Shown in pieces: positions 1-12,606 of a stretch of 64,000 bases of DNA. The notes under the pieces are model-generated. The model was not told where the DNA came from and did no database searches. It saw only the letters and a program-made list of their open reading frames with translations. Made by a program: the position numbers and the translations under genes. Origin of the DNA: Cyanidioschyzon merolae (taxonomy: Eukaryota); NCBI GenBank assembly GCA_000091205.1, contig AP006492.2. The stretch is one strand, 5' to 3'. Numbering within the stretch: the first letter of the stretch is position 1; each line of letters starts with the position of its first letter.

Positions 1-2
1 TT

Positions 3-1562
3 CGGAGGGCCGTGCTTTCCTGTTCGGCTCGTTTCTGTAGCCAGAGTAAGGTTCCGAACGCGTACAACGCTGGCACGAAGCTCCTAGTAACAGCCTGCCG
101 AGGCGGCGCTCGGCTCCTTGTGGCAGACGCTGCTTCAGAAGTAGCTGCTAAAGCAGAAGAGCCGCCCGCCAGGGGCAGTCTCGAGAGTCGCCAGAAGCAA
201 AACGGTTCGAGAACGGCAGACGACCGCATTGTCGTGATCGGGTTGTCGCACCACACTGCGAGCGTTGACCTGCGTGAGCGGCTCGCAGTTCCTGAGTCAG
301 AATGGAAGGAGGCTGCAGCTCTCGTTGTCGAGGCCTGCCCAAGCGTGAACGAGGTTGCTTTGCTGTCCACCTGCAACCGCTTCGAAGTGTACTTTGCATG
401 TGCTGACACGAAGCGCGGTATTCTAGAGGTAACAAAGTTCCTCAGCCAGCGGAGCGGTATCGAAATACCAGAACTGCGAAGCCATCTCTTTATGCTCGTC
501 GAAGAGGATGCCATTTGGCACTTGTTACGCGTCTCCGCTGGTTTGGACTCGCTCGTTGTTGGTGAAGGTCAGATCTTGGCACAGGTGAAACGATGCTACG
601 AACGAGCGACGGAGCCGGGCGGCATGGCTGGAAAACTGCTCACAAGGCTGCTCAACGCAGCAGTGTCAGCGGGGAAACGTGTTCGGACTGAAACAGGTAT
701 ATCGAAAGGAGCTGTTTCCATTAGCTCGGCTGCTGTAGAACTGATGGTTGCACGGTACGCAGACGACATCCTGGGGGGCCTACATGCAGCTCCAGTTGAG
801 GATATGAACAACGTTTCAGCCGCTTTGACGAGTACGCAGGTCTGCATTGTTGGAGCTGGTGCCATGTCACGGCTTCTAGTGACGCACTTGCTCTCACGAG
901 GTGTGACCCGCATAACGATCGTGAACCGGAGCTTGCAGCGGGCACGTGACCTGCTTAAGCAGTTTCCAGATGTAGATATTGTTATCCGGCCTATGAGTGA
1001 ATTGTTTGATGCGGTGATCGAAGCAGATGTCGTCTTTACATCCACATCATCTCGTGAACCTCTTCTTACCGCGGATAACCTTGAAGAACACTTCTCCAGA
1101 GCTGAAGCCGCTCTGCACTCTCGAATCTTCATTGACATATCGGTTCCTCGGAATATTGCGGAGGACGTGAATAGAATCGACGGTGTTCACGCGTACAACG
1201 TTGACGACCTTAAGGCGGTGGTGGCACGTAATCAGCTACGTCGCCGCCGCCTGATGATCGAAGCGGAAAATCTGTTGCGGGATGAGCTGCGCCAGTTTCG
1301 AAACTGGCAGTCGAGTCTGGGTTGCATTCCGGCGATAACGAAGTTGCAGGATCGAGCGGAGGATATCCGGCTCGAGGAGCTGGCGAAGGTTACGGGGAAA
1401 CTCGCCGACTTGACGGACAAGGAACGCGATGCTGTTGAGCGTCTCACCAAAGGAATCGTGAACAAGCTTCTACATGGCCCGCTAAGTCATCTTCGGGGGT
1501 TACAAGACATCGACGAGCGGCGAGAAACAATTAAGAACTTGGAGAGCATGTTTCGCCTATAG
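3..1562 (+). CDS. hemA: Glutamyl-tRNA reductase (GluTR/HemA). It is 5'-partial: the frame is open to the window edge, and the apparent 'M' at position 12 is GTG.
   Basis: Motifs 'VVIGLSHHTASVDLRERLAV', 'LSTCNRFEVY', 'LDSLVVGEGQILAQVK' and the NADPH-binding stretch 'VCIVGAGAMSRLLVTHL' are the HemA hallmarks. An N-terminal extension is consistent with a plastid transit peptide. The stop is TAG at 1560-1562. Confidence 0.85.
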   Translation, partial: RRAVLSCSARFCSQSKVPNAYNAGTKLLVTACRGGARLLVADAASEVAAKAEEPPARGSLESRQKQNGSRTADDRIVVIGLSHHTASVDLRERLAVPESEWKEAAALVVEACPSVNEVALLSTCNRFEVYFACADTKRGILEVTKFLSQRSGIEIPELRSHLFMLVEEDAIWHLLRVSAGLDSLVVGEGQILAQVKRCYERATEPGGMAGKLLTRLLNAAVSAGKRVRTETGISKGAVSISSAAVELMVARYADDILGGLHAAPVEDMNNVSAALTSTQVCIVGAGAMSRLLVTHLLSRGVTRITIVNRSLQRARDLLKQFPDVDIVIRPMSELFDAVIEADVVFTSTSSREPLLTADNLEEHFSRAEAALHSRIFIDISVPRNIAEDVNRIDGVHAYNVDDLKAVVARNQLRRRRLMIEAENLLRDELRQFRNWQSSLGCIPAITKLQDRAEDIRLEELAKVTGKLADLTDKERDAVERLTKGIVNKLLHGPLSHLRGLQDIDERRETIKNLESMFRL

Positions 1563-2025
1563 ATTCGCGATAGCAGCCCAGAGAGAAGCTCGCCTGGCTT
1601 TGCCTTGAAAGGGCATTGCCGGGATGCGGGAGACCTGCATAGCTGCGTGTGATCGCTACGGTAGCTACATCAGTCAAGAGCTCGCGACTGAAGTGTACCT
1701 TTGCCGAAAATGCGTGGCACATGTCTCATACGATCCTAACGTAGCCTAGATGACTTCGTGAACTAGTCTGGACATTTGTAGCCTTATGTTCTCTGATGCT
1801 TCAGTCTGTATATGAGGCGACCGCAGATAACGGGTTTATACCTACCGACTTTTCACGCGACACATAAAAAAGTTATGGGCGCCTTGGACTTGCTCGTTGC
1901 GAGCCCGACACTATCGAAGAACGTCGCAATCCCAGAAAATTGCTACTGTTGTAGTCTTTGAACTCAACTTGGTCTCACCCTCGATGCTTGTGATCAAATG
2001 CATTCTCGCAGTGTATCGTAGGTTA

Positions 2026-2910
2026 CCGAAACCAGTATGAAATGTACCACACAGATCTGATACCGATTGCCTTCAGGATAATTCCTACTAAACAGTGCAA
2101 CGAGGACTGCATTCCTCCTTCAGGCCAGTGATACCACAGTACTCAGATGGTTGAGGAACACTGACAGAACCACGAATATGCGCTCAGCGCCAAAAAACCG
2201 ATATTTTCAAAGCCTGCTTGCGGTCAATGGTGTAAAACGCCCCGTTGATGACTCTAAACAAAGCAAAAGCCACGATAGTAGCCACCACTGGCGCCTGTGA
2301 GGCTCAACATCTTGTTCGTGTGGTTCTGGAAACAAAACACTGGGATACAGTCGCAAAAACAGAGTCCTAGATCAGGAACGGCCATCTTCCACCGAAACCG
2401 CATCGACAGCATTCCTGGAATGTTGCAATCCGCATAATGCAGCGGGACGTCGGTCTGTTGCTTTCAGTCGATGAGACTTCCTTCTGGCGAAGCAGTCCGA
2501 GCGTATATGGGTATTCGCTGCGAGGGAGCCCGTTCTAAGTACAATCGAACGCGAAGAGAAACGGGATACCATCATCTGTTCGAACCGCAGTGGATTCATT
2601 TTGCGACCTCAGTTTGGACTCCCAGTCAAGGCTCATACACAGCATCAACCACTTTATGGAATTATTGAAGACTGTCCCCTGACGCCTAGCGATGTCCTTG
2701 TATTGGACAAGGTGATCATTCACCTTTCCCTTTGCGTTCGAAGTTTTGCCGATTCTATCGGGGTAGGGCTGCTTTCTGTTCCTCAGTAGGCTTCGTATTT
2801 TAACGGCATCAAAGGAGCGTTTCGTATCGTGGAACGTAATCATCGCACCACTGGCCGAGTCGCTGAAGCGTTCAGCACACAGTGACTCCGAGGCACATTT
2901 CTTCATTCTT
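2026..2910 (+). repeat. Repeat IR-A, left copy (about 885 bp, no recognisable coding content). It pairs in inverted orientation with 16937-17825 and has a diverged third copy at 44060-44770.
   Basis: Manual alignment. The short ORFs 2471..2668(+) and 17178..17375(-) are identical apart from one residue, and 2372..2599(-) matches 17247..17474(+). The nucleotide match starts near 'cgaaaccagtatgaaatgtacc' and ends near 'ctccgaggcacatttcttcattctt'. Confidence 0.8.
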
Positions 2911-3059
2911 GCGAAAGTCACTCTCCGTCGGAGAAGTTCCCCAACTTAGGGCGTAAACAAGCGCATTCATTTGAAGAAATGAAAAGCCAGGGGACCTAAA
3001 GGACATGGAAGCCGAGGAGGCTGAAGGGCCGGTGTCGCCGGCTCCCGCAAAATAAACGA

Positions 3060-3410
3060 GCGGAATCCTGTTCTCGCTGACCATCGAGCGAAGAAGAGAG
3101 GAGATGGGCGAAACAAGGCATTTGTCCTACGGGGCGATGAAAAGACTAATGTGGCACAGAGGGCACAAATTCTGATAATCATGGCATTAATGAGTTCCAT
3201 CAGAGGCACCAAACGCATGGAGTTTGTGAAACGAGAAATTAACACTGCAATCAGTATCAGCGGATGTGCGGTTCTGAGGAAGAGGCCTCCGGAGTTGAGA
3301 TAATCCAAATTTGTGGGGGAATTTCTCAAGGTGGAATTCCACGGCGACAAGTTGAAGCCAGTAGTAAGGGGCCGGCCGAGAACGACTGAGAGGCGTCTGC
3401 ACATCGGTGG
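3060..3410 (+). pseudogene. 3' fragment of a family-A TnpB/Fanzor-like ORF, immediately downstream of IR-A.
   Basis: Translation 'KRMEFVKREINTAISISGCAVLRKRPPEL*' followed by '..[21 protein letters not shown]' is homologous to the C-terminus of 26406..27143 ('KQRMEFVNRGFNAAISIRRCAVLKTR...KLKPIAGGWSKKTGRRLHVGV'). It contains an internal stop. Confidence 0.6.
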
Positions 3411-3523
3411 CGGACGTTTTGTCTAGGGCGGGCGGTGCGCCGCTCACCATCAAACTGCACCGCCTATACAACGTTTGTCGCTCGCAAAGCATTCATTGTT
3501 TTCGGTGTGTAGAGCGTGGGTAT

Positions 3524-4969
3524 ATGATTCCCCACGTTCGTTCAGTTCTGGGCCGTCTGGGGCGCCAGGTACGTGCACCTCTGGGACTCAGTGCTCGACC
3601 CGTGAGAGTCTGGCACCGCGATCCGAGGATTCCCAGCTGGTCGCACCGCTATATTTGCTGGGTAGGTGCGCTAGCATGTTCGGAGCAGCGTCTGCAGCGT
3701 CCACTCGGGAGCCTTCTGCAGAAGATGTGTAAGAGAGGGCTTAGTATGCCCTCAGCAACTCGTTCTAGTCCTTTGGAGACGGTTCCCGTTCCTACGATGG
3801 GAGAGTCTATCACAGAAGGTACACTTGTGGCGCTGTTAAAACACGTTGGCGACGCGGTGAAAGAGGACGAGGTTGTGGCACAAATCGAGACGGATAAAGT
3901 CACGGTTGATGTTCGATCTCCTGTATCTGGAGTAATACGGGAGATCATGGCAGCCGAGGGTGACAACGTTACCGTTGGTAAGGACTTGTTCCGAGTTGAG
4001 GTGGGCGCACAAGGCGAAACAGTCGCGGCACAGCAGCGCCAGGCAGAAAAGCTTTCTCAGAGTGAACCTGAGCCCAATCACATCGAGCCGCAAGAAGAGC
4101 GATCAGGAGGGCCAGCAGGGTCGCCACCGCCACCACCGGCAGACGTTGAGCACGGTGAAGAGCACGCAGAGGCAGCGGCTGCGCAACTCACGGGGCGCTC
4201 TGTTGTCCAGCGTGGAGCAGCGGCAGCTGCAGCTGCAGGCGCGCTCCTGCAACAGGACGAAGCCGGCGAGCGTCGTGTTCCCATGAGCCGCATGCGGCGT
4301 CGTATTGCAGAGCGGCTTAAGCATGCTCAGAATACTGCTGCTATGCTAACGACATTCAACGAATGTGACCTGACGAGCCTTTCGGAAATGCGCGCAAGCT
4401 TTAAGGATGGTTTCGAGAAACGCTATGGGTCAAAACTGGGATATATGAGTGCCTTTGTGAAAGCCTCAGCGATTGCACTCGAGGAGCAACCTGAGGTGAA
4501 TGCTGTAATCGATGGCGATGAAATTCTCTATCGAGACTACGTGGATATATCTGTCGCAGTAAGCACGCCTACCGGACTTGTGACCCCGGTGCTGCGTGGA
4601 GTGGAGAAGATGAGCTTTGCGGATATTGAACTGCAGCTGGCCGATTTTGCAAAAAGAGCTCGAGAAGGTCAGATTCAGTTGGAGGAGCTCCAAGGCGGTA
4701 CGTTCACGATCTCGAACGGAGGCGTATTCGGCAGTCTTCTCAGTACCCCCATCATTAACATGCCACAATCGGCAATTCTGGGCATGCACGCGATTCAGAG
4801 ACGGCCAGTCGTTGTCGGAGACGAGATCGCTATCCGGCCTATGATGTATTTGGCCCTGACGTACGACCATCGCTTAATAGACGGTAGGGAGGCAGTGACG
4901 TTTCTACGTAGAATCAAAGCGCTCATTGAGGATCCGAGAAGAATGCTAGTTGGCGTTTATGGCTTTTGA
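3524..4969 (+). CDS. DLST: Dihydrolipoamide succinyltransferase, the E2 component of the 2-oxoglutarate dehydrogenase complex, with a mitochondrial presequence.
   Basis: The lipoyl domain carries '[47 protein letters not shown]' with the lipoyl-lysine in 'ETDKV'. An Ala/Pro-rich linker follows. The catalytic domain carries '[32 protein letters not shown]' and '[14 protein letters not shown]'. The start was chosen at ATG 3524 ('[29 protein letters not shown]', an Arg-rich amphipathic presequence). The ORF is open from 3407, and ATG 3725 is an alternative start. Confidence 0.85.
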   Translation: MIPHVRSVLGRLGRQVRAPLGLSARPVRVWHRDPRIPSWSHRYICWVGALACSEQRLQRPLGSLLQKMCKRGLSMPSATRSSPLETVPVPTMGESITEGTLVALLKHVGDAVKEDEVVAQIETDKVTVDVRSPVSGVIREIMAAEGDNVTVGKDLFRVEVGAQGETVAAQQRQAEKLSQSEPEPNHIEPQEERSGGPAGSPPPPPADVEHGEEHAEAAAAQLTGRSVVQRGAAAAAAAGALLQQDEAGERRVPMSRMRRRIAERLKHAQNTAAMLTTFNECDLTSLSEMRASFKDGFEKRYGSKLGYMSAFVKASAIALEEQPEVNAVIDGDEILYRDYVDISVAVSTPTGLVTPVLRGVEKMSFADIELQLADFAKRAREGQIQLEELQGGTFTISNGGVFGSLLSTPIINMPQSAILGMHAIQRRPVVVGDEIAIRPMMYLALTYDHRLIDGREAVTFLRRIKALIEDPRRMLVGVYGF

Positions 4970-7331
4970 AAGTTCCTACAGATAGATATCTGTTGCAGAT
5001 CTCTTAACCTTCGCCTCTGGTAAATCCTGCTCATGCTATTCGGAGCACTCGGTACGCTTTGCATCGTGCTGGGCGATCGCGCATGCTGCTCCCAGAAGAC
5101 GACGCAAACCAAAGCATTCCAGAATAATCCGCATATAGCACGTGTTGGTGCCCAAAGCACACCGTCTCAGCAAGCGCAATGTCGCTGAAAAGATGAGCCT
5201 ACATACGCTCACCAATCGCAAACTCGAATTAGAGCCCGTCTAGGCACCGCAAAGCTTTTCTGTAACCGCTGGTGACCACGGAAGTGGATCCGACGCCGCG
5301 GCACGCGTCTGCGGTAGGCTCGGGACCCAGACGGCTACAGCCGTCCGACCCGTCTAGTGAAGAATCAAACTGAAATGAAACTCTGACCTTCCTGCTGTGA
5401 TCGTACTTTGCATGCTTTTCCGACCGTTTTCTAGATGTGCAGCCCCGGCACTCGAACGATGGCAAGAAGCGCTTCAGGATTCATACGTAGTTTCCTGGTG
5501 CTGAGTTGCCGTTTCGGAGTCACTGCTTTGACGCTTTGTCACAGGAACTCGGTACGTAATCGAAATCGATATGGTTCGCTGCGCTCTAGGGCAAGGTTCA
5601 TGAAATAACAGCCGCGACCATCGAATTCATACGCAAAAGAATGCATTATTTTTGTTTTGTCACATAGTGCATGCTCGCATCACGCGTCTTGCATGTTTTC
5701 GATGTTTCTGTTTCAAGGCACCCGTGGGTGCAGTGATTCGCGCCAGCGGACTGAGGTGGAAAAGTAGTCGACACCGTTTCTCGATGGCATGCGCACAAGC
5801 TCATTCCATAAGCTTACTGAACCTGGTCAAGCCCAGTAATCAGTTCCGCTCGAAAAACAAGTCATCCCCTATTTGGGGCCATCATCCCCAAGAGAAACCC
5901 GGCATCGTAGTGGGCGTTCACGAACGCGGAAACCGGGGTCGTCATCGAGGATGGCCCCAGGTACCCCCGGATGACGTGTACTGAGCGTTGCAACAATCGT
6001 GTACGCAATGGAAAGTAGCCTTCGGACGAGCGTGTATGCTGGACGTACGGGAAGACCTGTCCAGTGTCAAGTGTGACCGCTGCGAAGCGGACACCGACGC
6101 TGTATACGAATGAGCTGACTGTAGCGAGCGACGTGTAGGTGGCAACTCGCGCTTGTGCATGAAATGCGTCAACAGCGGCTGCGAGTGGCGAAACCGACAC
6201 TTTCTACATTGCCATGAACGTCCATTGATTGCCAACAAGGGAGCTGGAGAGACAGATGAGACCGACATTGTTACAGCCGCGGATACGAGACAGGAATGGA
6301 AGCAGTCGTTCCAGGGCAGACAAGGGATGTTTTTATGTAATTTAGGGCGAGATCTGAAGATCTGTGTACCCGCCCGAGTTCGAAGAACCGTGCCTTTTTA
6401 TGCTGACATTGGTGTAGTTCTCTTTTAACTGATCGCAAACAACGCACCTATGCCGACATTTCACATGCTGTGATGTCGTGCCTGTGGTACAAGCTCAGCG
6501 CTGACACCTGGTAACCCTGCATTGCAAAAAGTTCTGCTATCCAGGATGCACAATTGTCAAGATTCCGCTCGTGATGCCAGGCACCGAAGCGCGAACCAGG
6601 ATGATGCTCCGCATAAAGATTTACTAGATATCTCTCTCGCGGGGAAGACCCTGCCAGTATGTATGAGTAATGGACAACTCTTGACTGCCTTAAGCTTCCC
6701 CGAAAGGACAAAGGCTCTTCACTATTTGTGCGGGTGCTTTACTTGCGTGTTTGAACTGTCGCAGACTTTGGTGCACTGCCAATACCTAAAGGGAACTTCG
6801 GGAATGAGCCACCAGGCCAAACGCACCGCCGCTCTGCGCTGAGAGCTCTCAGAATATTTTTGAGTACTAGCATGCTGGAGTTCGCAGACTCGTACTGCTC
6901 CGGTGCTGTGCATCGCGAAGCGTAGAGCCGAACTTCTCACATTAGCGGTATGTTAGGGGTTTCCGACAGAGACGAGAGTTCGCGCTTTGAGCTGTACCAG
7001 CGCTAGACGTTCTAGAAAATCAGGTATCTATACGTAGTTTGATCATCTACGCTGAAAGCTCTGCAAGTATTGAACGAAGAAAAAAAGCGAAGTTGGGAAT
7101 CTTCCATGTTACCACTACACCAGCAGCGCAGCAGGATGCGCTGCCCGGGAATCGTGCGGGATTACATAACCCGGGGCAGAAGAAGATTCCATATATCAAC
7201 GCAACTTAATCTCCAATTCAGTATATAAAGGTCGAGCTATTGTGACATTTAATCGGAACCCGGCCGCCGTACTGCTGGCTGCTCGAACCTACATATTTCA
7301 CGATCCGTAGTTGTGAAGTCGCTCTTGGGCG

Positions 7332-8075
7332 ATGCCTCAAGTCTCTGGCGACCTGCGTCGTTACGAACTTGAGCTGTCGCATGTTATAGAATCAGCAAAT
7401 GCAGATATTAGCAGCCTCGCCTCCGAAGCTGGTGCTGAAGCTCGGCGACACGTCGTGTCCAGAATAACGCACTGGCTGCGGACGGCGAACGACTTGCTCG
7501 CCCGGATGGAGTTGGAGGCCAAATCCACCGAGGGTGATGACCTCGACAGGGCGGCCGCGGAATCCGTAGTCTCCGACGGAAGGCAACGAGTCGTGCGCTT
7601 GAGGCGAAGTCTGCGGGGTGTGGAGCAGGCACTGCAGCGAGAAGAACTAATTTCGCGCTCTCAGCAATCCTCGGGTCCGCGGGTCGCCCGCGAGGTGGAC
7701 GCAACCGACGCGCCCTTGCTGGACACCACGAAGGAGCACCGCGCTGGTGTAGCTGGTGTAACGGACACACTCGTGAAAGCTTCTCTCCACATCCAGGATT
7801 CAAAGCGCGTGCTTGCTGAAACAGAGTCCGTTGGTGCGAATGTTCTGGCGGACCTTGAAGCTCAGGGCCGCACGCTTGAGCGTTCGTATAGCCGCTTGCA
7901 GAGTATGGGTTCTCGTCTGCTCTCCAGCAGTGGGATCATCTCTACGATGCGTGGCACAGAGCGAATGCGACGACTGCTTATCCTTGGATTGGTAGGTGCC
8001 GTTCTTCTGTCTATTGGTGCGTTGATGACGATCAAAGTTTGGCCGCACAAAGGCGGCGTTGTTGACGGGAATTGA
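7332..8075 (+). CDS. Qb-type SNARE, Vti1-like, with a C-terminal transmembrane anchor.
   Basis: The SNARE heptad region 'ETESVGANVLADLEAQGRTLERSYSRLQSMGSRLLSSSGIISTMRGTERMRR' is followed by the hydrophobic tail 'LLILGLVGAVLLSIGALMTIKVW'. Overall architecture is an N-terminal helical domain, then the SNARE motif, then the TM segment. It resembles the Vti1 'TE.IG...L..L..QRE.I......L' pattern. Confidence 0.55.
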   Translation: MPQVSGDLRRYELELSHVIESANADISSLASEAGAEARRHVVSRITHWLRTANDLLARMELEAKSTEGDDLDRAAAESVVSDGRQRVVRLRRSLRGVEQALQREELISRSQQSSGPRVAREVDATDAPLLDTTKEHRAGVAGVTDTLVKASLHIQDSKRVLAETESVGANVLADLEAQGRTLERSYSRLQSMGSRLLSSSGIISTMRGTERMRRLLILGLVGAVLLSIGALMTIKVWPHKGGVVDGN

Positions 8076-8142
8076 TGTGTGCATGCTGCACTGTACTCAA
8101 TCCAGACTGGCATCTGGGGTTCTTGAGACGAATTACTTGGAC

Positions 8143-8379
8143 ATGAAGCGTGAGTATGCTCGAGCTACCAGCAGCAACAAACTTTTCGACGTGTGCACGC
8201 GGATGTTCGGTATGTTGCTGAGCAAAGGCCCTAATGTCAAAGCTCACCGGCCATGCCGTGACTGTGGTACTCCAATGTTCTTGGCGCGAGGAACAGAGTT
8301 TGGCCAGCTCACGGATAGACCATTTTTCTCCTGTCAGCAGCAATGCGCGCTTGCTCTAATGCAGATATTTTTCTTGTAA
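8143..8379 (+). CDS. Small ORF carrying a GRF-type zinc-finger-like motif. It may be a real small gene or part of the 3' UTR of the SNARE gene.
   Basis: 'HRPCRDCGTPMFLARGTEFGQLTDRPFFSC' fits the GRF zinc-finger pattern C-x2-C...(G/D)R-x-F-F-x-C. There is no other support. Confidence 0.2.
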   Translation: MKREYARATSSNKLFDVCTRMFGMLLSKGPNVKAHRPCRDCGTPMFLARGTEFGQLTDRPFFSCQQQCALALMQIFFL

Positions 8380-10978
8380 AGAAAGATCAAACGTATACAA
8401 TTTCAGCTTCCAGGTGCTACTATCTACAGGAAAACTGTAGAAGGGAGCCTTTCCCAAGAATCCAGCTAAGCTTCGCTAGAATGCGTCAGAAATTTCACCC
8501 CGCTAAAATGAATATCGTTGAACATGAACGATCGCTCCAACGTGGATCGCCGTTTCCAGGGTTTCGCTGACCCATGATCGCTAAACATACCCAAACGGTT
8601 GCATCGCTCTGGATATAATGTTTAGAGTTGTCTATGTGCTGCACTCGATTAAATGTCAAGCTCCCTTACTATTGTTCGATCGCTCGAAAAACACCCTGTG
8701 ATGACGAAACGCTCTGGGACCGTGACTAAAACGGACTTTCTGTCAGGCACCCCTGCGTTTTTGCGTGATATTGCCGACTTGTACCAAATAATAAAGCACC
8801 ATTATCGTACTCCAAATGCCCAAGGGAACCGTTCCCCGTGTATATATACGGCGTTCCTGCCTTACCGTGTTGCTGACTGCAAAAAATTGGGAACTTTTCT
8901 CGAGGCGGTGAACAACTGCCCCTTCGCCCAGCCACTGAGTTTCTTTCATCGGAATTGCTCGGCGTTTTAGCAGATTGCGCGCATTGGAGACTAAGCGATT
9001 TCCTCGTTATTTTTTTTGAAATAAAGCTGCTGGGCGCACTGGAAGCACAGAACATTTCCTGATGTTCGTCGGGCGGTTCAAGTCTCGGTAAAGAGAGTGC
9101 ACGCGCACATTTGTTGCGGAAGAAATTCCATCTCAGCAAGCCACGCACCTTCTATCGCCTCCCAACCTGACGTTCGACCAGCTTACTGTGCACCTTTCTG
9201 TGCGTCCAGGTCTGTTTATCTCTCCTCTCATCTGGCGGTTTCCGGGTCACCCATGATTTTGCATTTCTTTATGTCGTACTAAATTTCTCAATAGGAATCG
9301 CAGAGAATCGATTCCTGCACAGGCTGTACCATTCGTCGAAAGTGCAGCAGCGTAGCTCTCGTGCTTTACAGCACGTCAAGCGAATATGCTCCTTTCAGCA
9401 AAGGACTCGTCTTGTCTTACATTTCGTTTTCAAGGTCATTAAAAAATAGTCCGAATGTATGCCTCTCGTTCCGGTACAATGAGAACGGTTAGCGACTCAG
9501 AGCGGCATCAGCCACTCGAGCCAAAGATTATCGGCTTGAGTCATTGTGACATTCTTAGACACTCTGGCTGTAGTGAACTTAGCATCAGCCTCTGCTCGAT
9601 GCGAAGTTCAGAGCATCGACATGGGTCCTGATGCCGTCATTCCACTTGTTGGTATGCATCCTGGCTCCTTCCATGCCTGATTCACGTAATTAGTCAGCTC
9701 TGAGAAAACTGAGCAGCTTCATCTGCCTGTTTTCAAGCCCTCGGCTCCAGTCTATTGATTTAGAGGTACTGCCACGGCCTATATGCTCTGCAACCGGGGT
9801 TCCACGCGCACCGCAAAGTCGTTTCCTGCATCTACATTAAACGGCAGAGAATTCATCTAGTTCTTCGACGCACTCCGCGCCCTCACAAAAGACATGCGGA
9901 TGGATTTGCACTCGGTCGCTGCCCACCCCGCAGACTTCTTTCAAGTTATTCCATTAAAATGAAAGTCTCTGTTCGATTTTTGCCACTGTTCCCTCCAAAG
10001 TCCCTCGAATCCCTCATAATAGCTCGAAGAGGCCAGCCTTTGCTCACTGAGAAGTCCATGCAATACGGTACACCGGTTTCTGCCGTAATATGCTGACCCT
10101 CGATGTAAGATATATGGACCAAATCGAGTAGACGCTATAAGAGACAATGCCACTCGAATTTGGGGAGGGAGCGTACTCAGATCTGGAAGGTTTCGTCCAG
10201 GAAAACCTTGCAGCACAAGATGGAAGGAACACGTGCAGAAAGTTTCAACCATCCTCATGATATGACTTCTGTCGGCCGAATGCCGAGAGCAAGACGAAGA
10301 ATAGGTATGATAGAAACTGGCTCTCGCTATCGTTGCGGCATCCCATCTGCCACCACCGGCTCGCAATTTGCTTCCATCGATGTCGCAAGAGCCCTCTCCG
10401 TCAAAGATCGCTTAATTCCGCCCGACGCGGGTAGGCACAACGGGTACTGGGCCAAGAGTATGCGCTTCATACAGCGCTCGAGATTTAGCGGGTGCATGGT
10501 TTTGTTTTGTGGGTTAGCTTGATACTTTTCGGCACCAGCGATGAAGGTACTTTCATTATCGATGTGGCATGAGCAGACGACAACGTATTCTGGGAAGCAC
10601 GTGTTCTGATTTCTGATTCTGCGATGACGGCGCTTTACATATTCCACCCTAAGCATCAGTCGTGTTAACTCACGAAAGGTCGATTGAAACATTTCAATGG
10701 AATGCGGACAGCTGGCGTTCTGCATCGAGAGTTCGTACACAGAGTTGTGAGACGGGGAGCTTCAGTTCAAGGCGAGCGGAGCGACATTCCTCGAATGAGG
10801 AGGTACACGGTGCCTAATGGCATCCTGCTCCCTAGTTTTGGAAGATTCTCCCGGGTGAAGTGTTTTAGCAGGGAGTCTTTGATTGCGTTTCCAGAATAGT
10901 CTTTTCGCTTGGAAACTTTTCCTCTTCTGTGTATCCTCTTCGACAGTTCAGGGGAAATTTCCATGTTTTTCTTTTACT

Positions 10979-12172
10979 GTGCGAGGTGGCATGGATGCGG
11001 TGGCAACACTCCATGCCCGGTTTTCTCTCGAAATACAGACGCGATGGACAGGCGTTGATACAGAAACTCGCTCCCTCCTATGTATACGTCTCGTTCTACT
11101 TGAGGATCCATTCCTCACCTTTCTCGAACTGGGAGCCCCAACCGACCGGAGAGCTCGTTTCCGCTCGTTTCCGCCCACGAGCCGAGCAGCAACACAGCAG
11201 TTCCTGTGCACCAATAGCAGACAACGCATTGTCGAAGAACGATTCGCCATCGAACCGAGTCGCGGATGTAAAAGACTCGCCTGCGCATTGGTGCCCATGG
11301 AAATGGCGTTCGCCAACAGAGCAGATGCGTTCGACTGAACTCGACCGGGGCGAATAGGCTGGTACGAGGAGCAGCGCAGCGCCAATGTCACCTGCGTGCT
11401 CGTTGACCTCTTCAGGGTGATGGAAAGCGACGTTGACGCAGAGTCGCACGGAGCCGTGTAAGAACGAGACGCCGTGGAATGCTGCGAAGAACAAGCATGA
11501 GGCGTTCAAGACTTCGACCCGTTTTCCGACGCAAAGCAAAACACACGACTCAGTCGCCGTCTGGGCAGATACTCTCGGAATGCGCGTGTGTCGCTTCTCT
11601 GTGAACACTTGTTGCTCCCGCTCTGGGTGCCCGTACACATGTCCCCCGTTTCTCCCGAACGAGGTCTCATCGAGTGTGACGAACATCTGCCATCTGCATG
11701 ATAAGCGTTCGCATGCCCCCGCGAAACTGGCAGCACGGAGCTCAGCGCGGAACGTTCTCGCACAGAGGCGCGTTTTTTCCTGTGTCCATGTGCGTCCCTT
11801 TATCACCGTCCGTTTCAACTGTGCGGAGATTGCACACCTTGTGTCTCTTAGATGCTATTTCGCAGATAATATATGTGGAGTGGAACGCATTCATGTCGGG
11901 AATGCAGTGCAGACAGAGCCAAATGTGCTCTGTCTGGTGAGTACGACTTGCAGCAAAAGGACCACGAGAACAGCGGCTGATCTACCTGCCGACCAGAGAA
12001 TACCTGACATGGACAATAAAGACCGTTTTCTTGGCAAGCTAGCACAGACGGCAGGAAGTGTTCCCGCGACCGTTCTCCCACCTACGGGATACAACCTTTT
12101 GTTGAATATTCGCGAGGTAAGAAAGGTATAGCAAAGAAAGCCGTGCTGGTACAGGTGTTCAAGTATTTATTT
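10979..12172. repeat. IR-B left arm (about 1.19 kb), an inverted repeat partner of 13527-14712.
   Basis: Paired ORFs have identical lengths and near-identical sequences on opposite strands: 11433..12131(+) against 13566..14264(-), 232 aa with about 6 differences; 11096..11818(-) against 13879..14601(+), 240 aa identical. The nucleotide ends were aligned by hand: the left inner end is '...ggtgttcaagtatttatttatctgtgg' and the right inner start is 'agtaaatacttgaacacctgtacc...'. Confidence 0.85.
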
Positions 12173-12606
12173 ATCTGTGGGAAATAGAAAAAGATCAAAG
12201 TAGACCGCCTCTATAGAAGAGCAACTGTGTACGAAGGCCTCTGCCTGAACTATATGCAGCACCTAGATCCAATCATTGAGAATACCGTTGCACGTTCGAC
12301 ATGTTTCTAAAGACACATTCTAGATACGCACACGTTCGCAGATGTTTCAGGTATTTGGATGCTCGTCGCGTGTCCGCCAGCAGCCTCATTGAGGAACAGC
12401 TCATTATCCGCTTGACCAATTCTTTCCAAAAGCAACCGATTCGATGTGCGCCTACGATGCGCTGGGGGTCGCCCACGGCATGTTCTAAATTTGGTTCCAA
12501 GTTTGTCCTTGTTATTACAGAATTGATCGGATTGGGTGCAGCGGCGTCCGGCGCCACCGCAGTGCCGAAACGAATGAAGAGTCGTCTTCGTCTAAGAGTA
12601 ACAACC

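Noticed and set aside
148-1138. Minus-strand ORFs (148..435, 596..1138) inside the GluTR gene
   Set aside because: They are antisense to a strongly supported CDS, Arg/Ser-rich, and carry no motifs.
2560-2610. tRNA-like 'gcggttcgaacag' T-loop-like string inside IR-A
   Set aside because: The flanking sequence does not form T-stem or acceptor-stem complementarity, and no anticodon arm could be drawn. No tRNA was called anywhere in the window.
4180-4270. GC-rich 'gcagcggcagctgcagctgcaggcgcg' tract as a microsatellite or repeat
   Set aside because: It encodes the Ala/Pro-rich flexible linker between the lipoyl and catalytic domains of the E2 subunit, which is expected coding low complexity.
11433-12131. 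232-aa and 240-aa ORFs inside the IR-B arms (and their mirror copies at 13566..14264 and 13879..14601)
   Set aside because: They are present on both strands of the same repeat, and they have no domain, biased composition or codon structure. They are most likely chance ORFs in the repeated non-coding DNA.
12301-12606. Upstream 102-codon extension of the RPL19e ORF (ORF track 12301..13266)
   Set aside because: L19e homology begins exactly at ATG 12607 ('[12 protein letters not shown]'). The extension has no similarity to anything and would be atypical for this ribosomal protein.
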